Positions 35,581-46,532 of a DNA stretch of 64,000 nt are shown here, piece by piece. Position numbers and translations under genes: made by a program. Under the pieces are notes generated by a model. It had not been told where the DNA came from. It saw only the letters and a program-made list of their open reading frames with translations, and did not search any database. How positions within the stretch are numbered: position 1 is the first letter of the stretch; every line of letters starts with the position of its first letter. The DNA is from Macrostomum lignano (lineage: Eukaryota), in contig NIVC01001743.1 in the NCBI GenBank assembly GCA_002269645.1, positions 62,001 to 126,000 on the forward strand, in the 5' to 3' direction.

Positions 35581-36989
35581 TATATTGGCCAAACAGGCTT
35601 CTTGCCTGAGCCAACTTACTAATACTACTACTACTAAAAAGTTGGAATTCATTTCTTTAGGGTACAGCTGGGTTTGTTCATATAATCATAATCACCATCT
35701 ACTAAATCATAGTAAATCTCTAAGATCTGTCTGTCTGTGTCTGTATGACTTTTTGTCTGTAAGAGTTGTTAAAAAACAATTCTGCTATTTCTATCTCCTA
35801 ATTCCTTACTGTAGGGCCTAATTGACTCATTGACTGTAATTCAAATTCAAATATATTCTTCTATTTCATGCCATGAAATAGGCCTATACCCCATAGATAC
35901 TTGTAACTTGTAGTGCATTTAGGCCTAATTCTTAGCTATAGGAATGAAGGCATTCTTTCATTTTATGATCACAGCACTATCCCTATAGGATTTGGGACTT
36001 TCGATATATGATATCCCCTTTAGAAGATGGCAAAATTTCTAAGTTAAAATTAGGCCCTCTTAAAATCAAACTTCAAAATTGGATCACTTTAAGCGCAGTA
36101 TCATAGAATCAAGTCTTGTGTTTTGTTGAAATGTAGCTTATATTCACTTTTTTGATACTATCATTTAAATGGTGAAATTATATCTGGGCCTAGGCCCTAG
36201 GTGAGCCTAAAAACTAAAAGTTAGTTTTTAATTACAATCAGTAATCATATCAATAATAAAATTGGATTGGATTGAAGGATTGTTGGTTTTTAATTAAAAA
36301 ACATCAATAATAAAATGGGATTGAAAGGATCATATGAACTAATGGATTAATAAATTTGCAGTAATAATTTTGAGTTGGCAACAAATTTATTGTTAACATT
36401 AATGGCAATATAAATGACCAAAGATGCAAAGAAAGAACAAAATGTCAAAATATAAGTCTAAAGAGAAGTTATTTACAACATTACAAATGTATTTGAATTT
36501 ACCTAAATGCCTAATTAAGCCTAATCTATTTGTTTATGATGATGATCATGCAAATGTAAAAATTTCTTACTAATAAACTTTAATAATAAATTAAAATTGT
36601 GAATCTTTATTGCTTACATGTAGGCATTGATCACTTTGTTTTACTTCTTTCCTAATCTTTGTAACACTTAGCTGTGTTTACTAGGCCCAATGCTATTATA
36701 AGTTACTTCTATTACTATATGCTTGCTTTTAGTAATAGGCCCTATTATACATACAAGTTTTTTTAAATTATTATTTAATTTAAAACTTTTTAGCTTGTAA
36801 ATGCTTAGATGACCTCTGTGTTTCACTAAAAAGATGGAAAAGCAAAGAGTGCATTTAAAAAGTTTCTATTTTTAGAGAAGATTTCTATTTTTTGTGTTTA
36901 TTTTAACATTGATTCCTATTAATAATTAAGCTATCAATTAACTTTTAGTTAACTTAACAAAATTAAGAGTTAATGAGACAATAGGCCAC

Positions 36990-38165
36990 TTGGTTACGTG
37001 GACACACATGAGTGGCCTGCCTATGTCCTGCCTAGTCCAGACTATGTCCAAGATCACAGACATTGCCACCCCCGTGTCTAGGTGACACTGAATTGGGATT
37101 TTCTTATCCTTGTACACAAACTATAGGGTGACACAGATGGCATCCTGAGTCGGGCCTACAATTGCTCCAATTGTGAACAGGTCTCCATTCATTGCTAGGG
37201 ACTTGCTGAACACAAAACTGTACTGAGTCAATGTGGCCTGCAATGTCTGTCTTTGTCCAGCATACCTTATAAAAATGGTCAGTGGCATAACCAAGGGGGG
37301 GGGAAGGGTTGTTGCCCCCCCCCCTTAGGCGGAGACCCAAAAAAATCAAAGGGGGGACCAAGCAAATTTTTGCCATAAACAGAGCCATCTCTCTGTCCCC
37401 CTCCTAGGATTATACCCTCTAAAATCTGCCCCCCCTTTAGAAAAATTCTGGTTGCACTACTGAAAATGGTTTAGCTTAATTCACTTGTGACAAGCCTTCC
37501 CAGTTGTTGGGCCCTGCATTTTTCCATGCAATGAACCACATCAAGGATAGGTGGTGCTAGTGCTACCTTTGAACTTGCTGCAACTTTGTTCTTTCAATGA
37601 TTGTCCTTTTGAATTGAGCACACTGATCTTCATGACGGCCATACTCTCTCCTTTTGGTGCACTCTTCATGATCTCCATGGCTATTATGGTGGAATAAGCC
37701 TCAGCCTCGGCAACTGCATCCTTGAGGGTCAAGCTATGATGGTCTTGACCAAAAGCTTGCCTACAATCTGTTGATCCATCAGACTGCAGATGAGTTGGTC
37801 TTGCAGGTATTTATCTTTGTTATCAAATTTGCATTTCTCCAATGCCCTTAGAAGCCATTCAGCAAATGCCCACACTGACTCTCTAGGTGTGTGTGTGCAC
37901 TGTTGGAATGTGTACCATTCAGCCAAAACAAAGGTTGCCAGTACCAATAGTTCCTATAAGGCAGCCTCCAGCACTGCAGCTAACAATTGTTTCAGCTTTG
38001 TTGGAGCCACCCAATTGGCTACTCGGTCATACAGGGCCAGAGACAGGTTCATGAGCAGCATCTACACCTTAGTCTTGGCATCCCAGTAGTAAAATTTTGC
38101 CCAAACTTCAAAATGGTTCATCCATCAGGTGAAAGATTTCTGATGTCCAACCGCTCAATCTCCAT
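36990..38165 (-). mobile_element. degenerate Gypsy (K02A2.6-like) gag-protease relic
   Basis: Gag: WMNHFEVWA..VAPTKL..LAEWYTFQQC..ESVWAFAEWL..CKF..LQDQLICSL..LTLKDAV. Zinc knuckle CHK*IKLNHFYKVC once the MITE is removed. Protease IPIQCHLDTGVAMSVI, with LDTG at 37070-37081. Multiple stops and a frameshift. Confidence 0.85.
37280..37462. mobile_element. hAT-type MITE with 8-bp TSD
   Basis: Ends CAGTGGCATAACC and (reverse complement) CAGTAGTGCAACC. The flanking direct repeat AAAATGGT is at 37272-37279 and 37463-37470. Removing the element and one TSD copy restores the gag knuckle frame. Confidence 0.9.
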
Positions 38166-39249
38166 GGAGCCTCCTCTGGCTGGTGTGCATTGCTGCACTA
38201 GCAGCTTCATAAACTGGTGTCTTGACAATAGAGACTGCTGCCTTGGTTGACTGGCTAGCTGGTGGAATTGCTCCTGTTTTTGTTGGGGAGCTGAGTGTTT
38301 TTTGATGCAAGTCTAAAATGGAAAATGGAAAGTGCATAAAAGAATGGAAGGGTCATGCAAAAAATCATAGAAGCATCATGCAAAAACTCATGGACAAAAA
38401 TCACAAAATATTAAATTTAGGGTTAGGGTTAGGGTTAGAAGTTTGACAGGAGATTTTTTTAGATTTCAAGGCTACATGTAGCTTATTAAAAATATGTATT
38501 GCATTTCTTTGGCTCCCCAACAGGGGGTGTAGATTGCTAGTCTATAGCTGATCCTGCTCACAATGACACTGTTATGTTGTGGTTTTTTGAGAGTCTTTGC
38601 TCCCACAGTTACTTTTTGTTTTTTTGGCTTTCTTGCTAGCTTTGTCTCTTTACATATAATTCTTATTTAATGTAAAGTGCAGCCCACATTAAGTCATAGA
38701 CATAGACAAGTCTGCTGTGGCGGATAAATAAAACTAAATCCACAGCAAAAAGTTTTAAAATGTTGTTATTGTAATATTACTTAGCATATCTTCTTCAAGT
38801 TCTTTCACTAGAATAATCCATGGTTGCTCCTTATATTTCATTGAGTTCTTAGAGTCTAAAATGTAAAAAAATATAGTTTTAATATAGTTTTTATTAATTT
38901 AAGTAAACAATTTTATTATTGGCTGCTTTGTTATTTTTTACCTTTAGCAATCTGTGTTGGTTCCAATTGAATATAAATATTTTGTCTTTCTTCTATCTCC
39001 ATTTGCATACCTTAAAGACATGCACTGCCACTGGCATAGTGACTGTATATCTGGCTTGCCTGGAATGCAAATTGTTTTGAATGTTAAATGTAAATAGATA
39101 GAAGTCTGTCTATATATTCTGCTAACTTCTGAACATAATCTCTTACACATGCTAACATGTATATGTCAGCTCCAGATTGTCAGTCTGGCCCAGTTTAAGT
39201 TAATATTACTATAGCTAAATTATAATGCAATATCAGTTATATATAACAT

Positions 39250-39740
39250 AACATATGCTCTACTGACTCATGCCAGTGTGACACACGATATGCTCTACTG
39301 ACTCATGCCAGAGTGACACACGATATGCTCTGCTGGCTCATGCCAGTGTGACACACGATATGCTCTACTGACTCATGCCAGAGTGACACACGATATGCTC
39401 TGCTGGCTCATGCCAGTGTGACACACGATATGCTCTGCTGGCTCATGCCAGTGTGACACACGATATGCTCTACTGACTCATGCCAGAGTGACACACGATA
39501 TGCTCTGCTGGCTCATGCCAGTGTGACACACGATATGCTCTACTGACTCATGCCAGAGTGACACACGATATGCTCTGCTGGCTCATGCCAGTGTGACACA
39601 CGATATGCTCTACTGACTCATGCCAGAGTGACACACGATATGCTCTGCTGGCTCATGCCAGTGTGACACGATATGCTCTACTGACTCATGCCAGAGTGAC
39701 ACACGATATGCTCTGCTGGCTCATGCCAGTGTGACACAAG
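39250..39740 (+). repeat. 35-bp minisatellite upstream of the CPT2 start
   Basis: Unit TGCTCTACTGACTCATGCCAGTGTGACACACGATA, about 14 copies with alternating variants. Confidence 0.96.
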
Positions 39741-39880
39741 ATGTGCGATAATGCTTTTATGTCAGATCTTTAAGCTTATGTAATGGAATCAAACACGAAT
39801 TATGAATTATTGCCACAATAATTTGTCTGCAACAAATTGCTTCTTTATGTCTGCTGCATGCCATTCAGCCAGCAATTATC

Positions 39881-42838
39881 ATGCTATCCGTCTTACTTCG
39901 TCAGTGTCGGGTTCCCCGTTCCACTCCGACATCAGGTCGCTTATTGTCAACCTCGGCTAGCAACATCCTTGACGAGCACCTGCTGCACCGAAGTCCTGTG
40001 CACACGGAGTTTTTCCAGGCCAGCCTGCCTCATCTGAAAGTCCCAGATCTCAATGCCTCAGTAGAGAAGTACCTGAACTCGCAGAGGCCGCTGCTAACAG
40101 ACGAGCAGTTCTCCGCCACCACATCGATCTGTCAGGAGTTCCTCAAACAGGACGGACCCGAGCTGCAGCGCCTCCTGTTGGACTATGATAAATCCAATAG
40201 CGATGGCAACTATGTGAGCGACTTCTGGTTTGACATGTACCTGCGCGACAGGCGTTCTCTTGTGCTCAATCATACACCGTTTCTGGCGTTCTCCGCCGCG
40301 CCTGAGCAGCCCGATCCACTGGATAGGCTGACCAACATGGTCTATTCGTCCGCCAGGTACCAGCTGACCTATGCTAATCGGGTACTGAAGCCCGAAGTGT
40401 ACTTTCTCGATCCGAAGCTGAGCGAGGAAAAATTTTATCAGAGAATGAAGATGCTCTCTAGGTGAGAGTTCAGTTCCGTTATATATCGAGATTTGAACAG
40501 TAAAGTACAATAGAATTTGTTGAAAAATCGAACCTTGGACCACACCAAAATTTTACACCCATAATGGATGTTTACATGTCTGCTACTCTACTTATAGTAA
40601 AAATATAGGAAGGATAAGAATAATATAATAATTGATTACACTTGCCCTGATGGGGGGCGGCGCATCTGAAGGTAGCGTACGGCTGTTCAGCCCAATGACT
40701 GGGGGGGGGGGTCGCCACACTCACCCTTAATTACCCCAGTTAATGTTGGAACCCATTTTACAGCTGGGTCACCTGAAGCAATGCAAAGTTAAGTGGCTTG
40801 CTCAAGAATTGTTCCAAGTGGGTCGGGAATCGAACCACCGACCTTTCAGTCGTTTTTTTTTACAAAAAGTTTAACAACACCTCCCCAATGCACTCTGGCA
40901 GGATTCCCGGCCATTCTCGGCTGGCTTGGGCCGCCGCCTATTTGCACAAAGCGTTCCCGCTCGACATGTCCCAGTATCCCAATTTGATGGCGTCCACTCG
41001 GCTGCCTCAGACTGGCCGGGACTCGCTTCGACGCTATCCGGACTCGAGGCATATTGTGCTCATGCGTGGCGGCCGGTTCTACAGCTTCGATATTATTGAG
41101 GTGATATATCTGTAGCGATTTTTTATTTAGTAGCCGATATGTAGCGATTGTTACATTTAGTAGCCGATATGTAGCGATGGTTATTTCGGTAGCCGATATG
41201 TAGCGATTCTTATTTTCAATAGCCGATATGTAGCGATTATTATTTCAGTAGCCGATATGTAGCGATTGTTATTTTCAGTAGCCGATATGTAGCGATTGTT
41301 ATTTTCAGTAGCCGATATGTAGCGATGGTTATTTCGGTAGCCGATATGTAGCGATTCTTATTTTCAATAGCCGATATGTAGCGATTATTATTTCAGTAGC
41401 CGATATGTAGCGATGGTTATTTCAGTAGCCGATATGTAGCGATTGTTATTTTCAGTAGCCGATATGTAGCGATTGTTATTTTTCAATGGCCGATATAAAG
41501 TACATATGTACTTTTGCCCGAAATTCAGCCCGACGGCCTCAGCATCGTCCCGGCCTCAACAATCCGGGCTCGCCTGTCCGAATGCCTGGCCGATTCGCGT
41601 CCGGCCGCCGAGTTTCCGGTTGGCGTCCTGACCTCGGCCGACCGCGACGTCTGGACTAAAGAGCGGCAGAAGCTGGCCCACGCCTCCAAGACTAATTCTG
41701 CCTCGTTAGAGGCCATTGACTCTGCGCTGTTCCTCGTCTGCCTAGACGAATCCCAGCAGACCAGCGACTCGGCGCTCTGTCACGCATTCCTGCACTCTGG
41801 CGACGGTGCCAACCGATGGTGGGACAAGAGCCTGTGCCTCATGGCCATCCTGCCGGTTGGCGAGTTCGCAGTCAGCTTTGAGCACAGCTGGGGCGACGGA
41901 GTGGCCGTGTCTCGGTATTTCAACGAAGTGTTCAACGACTCGAATCGGTGAGTTCGGGGCGTTGCTATTGTGCGCTCTTTATTAGATCCGCATGAGATTC
42001 CTCAATGAGATTAGATTAGATTACTGTTTAGATACGACCGTGAGATTTCAATGAAAACTCAGTCAGAAAAGAACCAACCGGGAGGTCTCCAATTAAATCT
42101 CCAATGAGACTAGATACGACCGTAAGATCTCAATAAAATCTTCCTATGAGATTAGATACTTACGCGAATGTTCTCTTTGCGATTAGATAGATGCCTTCCT
42201 CAAGTGTTAATGCGATCCTACGATTAGGTATATTTCATTAGATTTCACTAAAATCTCTCCATGATATTAGATGCCTGAACTCTCATCCCCAACCCCCTTT
42301 CCCCAGCCGTCCCGGCCTCTCCTCAGGCCAGTCCGAATCCCTCGCCGCAGACTCAGCCTCTGTCCGGCGGCTCGAGTTCGATTTGGACGACAGCCTGAAG
42401 GCCTCCATAGCAACCTGTCGCGAGCAGCTCTCAGCCCGGACAGCCGATCTCGACTTGGACTTCTGGCAATTCGACGGCTTCGGCAAGTCCAGCGCCAAGC
42501 GGGCCGGCCTCAGCCCCGACTCAGTGTCGCAGACGGCCATCCAGCTGGCCTACTACTGGCTGAGCGGCGGCGCCACCGCCCCCACCTACGAGTCCTGCAG
42601 CACGGCCGCTTTCCGGCGCGGCCGAACCGAGACCATTCGATCCGCTACCTCGGCTACGAAGGAGTTCTGCCGGCTGGCCGGGGGCAGCGAGCCCGCACCG
42701 ACCGACCAGCTGCTGGCCGCGCTGAAGGCTGCGTCTGATGCGCACTCCACTCTGACTAAGGATGCCGCTATGGGCAAGGTGAGGCTTGGGGCAGACAGAC
42801 AGATAGACAGACACACAGACAGGCAGACAGACAGACAC

Positions 42839-42869
<31 letters not shown>

Positions 42870-42940
42870 CACAGACAGACAGACATACAGACAGACACAC
42901 ACACAGACAGACAGACAGACATACAGACAGACAGACAGAC

Positions 42941-42997
<57 letters not shown>

Positions 42998-43022
42998 CAC
43001 ACAGACAGACAGACATACAGAC

Positions 43023-43067
<45 letters not shown>

Positions 43068-43074
43068 CACAGAC

Positions 43075-43119
<45 letters not shown>

Positions 43120-43178
43120 CACAGACAGATAGACAGACACACAGACAGACATACAGACAGACAGACATACAGACAGAC

Positions 43179-43259
<81 letters not shown>

Positions 43260-43286
43260 CACACACAGACAGACAGACATACAGAC

Positions 43287-43327
<41 letters not shown>

Positions 43328-43358
43328 CACAGACAGATAGACAGACACACAGACAGAC

Positions 43359-43395
<37 letters not shown>

Positions 43396-43442
43396 TACAG
43401 ACAGACAGACAGACATACAGACAGACAGACAGACATACAGAC

Positions 43443-43535
<93 letters not shown>

Positions 43536-43907
43536 TGCTCAAAGGCAATGCCCCAAACCGCTCCCCAGGGCTGGGACCGGCACTTATTCGCCCTGCGCTG
43601 CATGTCGGAGCGCCGTGCCGGAGGCGCCGTCCCCCGCCTGTTCACGGACCCGGCCTATCGCAAGATAAACGAGATCGTGCTGTCCACCAGCACCCTGTCC
43701 ATGCCGGCCGTGAAGATCGGCGGCTTCGCCCCGGTCAGCCCGGCTGGCCTTGGAGTCGGGTACGCCATCGAGGACTCGTCGATGGGCTGCGTGGCCACGG
43801 CGTACAAGTCGAGCAGCAGGAGCTCGGCAGAGTTCATGCGGTGCTACCAGCGGGCCTGCCTGCTGCTTGCTGATGTTATTGGCAAGGCGTTGGATGCTAA
43901 GAAATAA
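39881..43907 (+). CDS. CPT2: carnitine O-palmitoyltransferase 2, 5 exons, about 669 aa
   Basis: Exons 39881-40461, 40902-41100, 41529-41947, 42307-42778 and 43569-43907. Mitochondrial presequence, [38 protein letters not shown], catalytic [42 protein letters not shown] and GGFAPV. Confidence 0.96.
40615..40890 (-). mobile_element. tRNA-derived CORE-type SINE in CPT2 intron 1
   Basis: The minus strand reads B-box GGTTCGATTCCC, then TTGAGCAAGCCACTTAAC...CAGCTGTAAAATGGG (resembling the CORE/MIR GGGCAAGTCACTTAAC...CTGTAAAATGGG), then a TTA-rich tail. Confidence 0.7.
41110..41490 (+). repeat. 31-33-bp minisatellite in CPT2 intron 2
   Basis: Unit AGTAGCCGATATGTAGCGATTGTTATTTTC. Confidence 0.95.
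42793..43535 (+). repeat. (GACA)n microsatellite filling CPT2 intron 4
   Basis: About 740 bp of a 790-bp intron. Confidence 0.98.
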
Positions 43908-44614
43908 AGAGATTTGCTTGATGAGGAAAATATTGATAGCTTCTTCGACTGAAAATTTTACAGTAAACAAACTTTAGAAGCTTATGTAAGGCGTGTGTCT
44001 CTCGTTGGCAATATTGCGCTGACTCCTGACCACACCCAAGCGCGCCACTTGCGCTCACACAGAGCGTTCAGCGGCCTGACTGTCTAATCGTCAGACCATG
44101 TAAGGAAATTAATTAAAATTTCTACGGTTTGTAATTGTTAGCATTAAATAACAAAAAAATTAGGTTTCTATATGTTATACTGCCTCGATATTATTTTTAT
44201 TGTATTTATTGCGTTAGTTGACTTGATTGTAAGATAAATTTAGCTATAACGTTGACTCTACTATAAATCTTGTTGTTTGTTGTTTTTCTTTCAAAAATTT
44301 TGGTAATAAATTTTCAATAAATTCTGCTTACAAATCATTAAAATGAAGGCTTTCAGTTTGATTCGATTCTCTAGTTTAAGCCACAGCTACGGTTACTAGA
44401 AAAACTTGGTATGTCAATTTTAAAACTACGCTCATCTACTGTTTTATCAGTAGCAAAATTAGCACTTTTTGCCCTTTTACGAGTAATACTATAAAAACCC
44501 TAATCCAGTGCGTCTGCACAGCGAGCAAGAGAGAAAAGGCCAGGCCGATAAACAGTTTGCTTTTCCTCCTTCCCGCTCAAGGTGAGGTCAAAGTGAACAC
44601 TTTGTGTCGAAGTC

Positions 44615-44835
44615 AGACACTTTGACCTCTCTCCTTACTGCTCTCTCATTGGCTGAGCTACGAGTCGATTGGGCCTGCCACCTAGGCTGAGTTTCGTCCG
44701 TCTGATTTTGACCTCTCTCCTTACTGCTCTCTCATTGGCTGAGCAAGATTGGGCCTGCCTCCCCCCCCCCTTAGGCTGAGTTTCGTCCGTCTGACTTTGA
44801 CCTGTCTCCTCACTGCTCTCTCATTGGCTGAGCCA
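44615..44835. repeat. triplicated ~87-bp unit containing ATTGG (CCAAT) boxes
   Basis: TTTGACCTCTCTCCTTACTGCTCTCTCATTGGCTGAGC at about 44621, 44708 and 44796. Confidence 0.85.
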
Positions 44836-46532
44836 GTGACGCAGCGCAGAGAAACTACTGAAAGAGTAGATGCTCTACTTTTTCACAACTTTAATGCGGG
44901 TGAACATCTGATCCAGATATTCCAGTATCTGTGGTTTAAGCATAGAGAAATGGCCAATTATATTTTGTAAATTAGGAAAATCGACTCATAAAATCCAGTG
45001 GAGTTTGATCGGAAATGACTTTTTCACTTAAGAGCCTGTACTTTAGGCCATAGTCACGTTTATCCTGCATTTGGCGAGGCCATGATCCTGTCTTGCTTCG
45101 ACCTTGCTTGAAGAGAGGAAATGAGAAGGAATAAAGAAGTGAGAAAAGGAAAGGAGAAGAGAGAGGAAAGCAAAGAGAGGAAAAAGAACGGAGAAGAGAC
45201 CCAAGCCCCGTGCTGGCCGCATTGCTATTGTGCAGTATCGAAGGACCGGATGGCCGAATTAGTTAGGACCCTGGCTTAGCAACCGTGGATTAGTCTTGCT
45301 TTCAACTGCTTTGATTGAAATTTAAAATGATTGAAAAATGATTGAAAGTAATTGCCTAATAAATCCTAATGTGCCTATAAAAATCTGCTAATCTGCCCAC
45401 TAAATTGCATCATTCTTACTTAAAATTAAAAATAAAATATATTGCAACTAACTCGGAACATCAGGTGATATTATTAGCTTGATTTATTGTGCATGATAAT
45501 TATTCAGCTTATTCAGCTTATTAATGTCATTTAATGGTCAATTAAACAGCCCAGGTTGACAATGACATCCTACACTCGGATGAACCAGTCCCAGTAGTGA
45601 TAATATTTGCAAAGCACTCGTGCACACGTTCACATGGGTGTACAGCGGTCCTGACTAGCTTTCTAATCTTCAGGCATTGTACACTCAGTGCCTTTGGGGA
45701 AGGGGGTTGGCCCTCATGTTGAATCGTGAACCAGGGGCCGTGGCGCGAGTGATGACAATCCACGCGGATTACTGTATTACATGTAGGTCTGTGACCGCAG
45801 ACATTCCAAGAAATCGATCAACTTGTTGTCCAACAGATCAGTAGCATCACGCGTACCGAAACTCAGAAATGCATGTACTTTCTTCCAGCTCGTCAATCGA
45901 TGTATCATGATCTTTAAGGCTCTGCATGCGGTGAAACATGTCATTTATGGGTCATAATTATTGTCAAGATCACAAAAATAAACCTTGAAGCACGAAATCA
46001 ATTTGCTCCAACCTAATGATCAGACAGACGGACAGACAAACAGTTAGGCACAGTCAATGACGCACAGAAAAATGATGTGAACTTTCTGTAGTATTTCGTT
46101 TTTTATCGCATATTAGGTAAAATTTGTACTAAAGGTGCAGAGGTTAAATTTTACAGCAAAAAATCGGCCTTTAATTTCCCCCACGAATTAATTTTGAGTC
46201 CCTTAGAAAGCTGTGGGATTTCACCGAAGTCTGTTTAACAGTATAAAGAGATCGTGAATGGTTCCTCTCCCTCTCTATCAGCTCCTTATGAACTTTCTGA
46301 GTCGCACAAATAACAAAAAATTGCATCAATTTACTAAAAAAGACGGATTTGCATAAAAATCGTGTTTAATAAATTCCGATTGCCGACCATTTCTGAAGCG
46401 GATTCTTTCGCCGAGAAGGTTTATTTTAAAAAAAATGAGTATAAAGTGTCCGGTAAACGCAAAATTCAGCCGAAAAAAGCTACGCCACAGACGGGCCTAG
46501 AAAGTCGGCTTCATCAAGAATGCCGATGCCGG

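Noticed and set aside
38417-38438. Telomeric repeat (TTAGGG)3
   Set aside because: Only three units, interstitial, and common inside repeats, so it is not evidence of a chromosome end or fusion.
42521-43645. VCLS and TDRQ repeat ORFs (also 50633-51378 and 30959-31326)
   Set aside because: (GACA)n microsatellites.
45243-45292. tRNA gene (GGACCGGATGGCCGAATTAGTTAGGACCCTGG)
   Set aside because: A-box-like 5' half only, with no B-box or T-arm. At most a SINE head fragment.
45542-45960. hAT transposase C-terminal remnant (FANIITTGTGSSECRMSLS)
   Set aside because: Resemblance to the SxxCERxFS motif is too weak to call without an HMM search.
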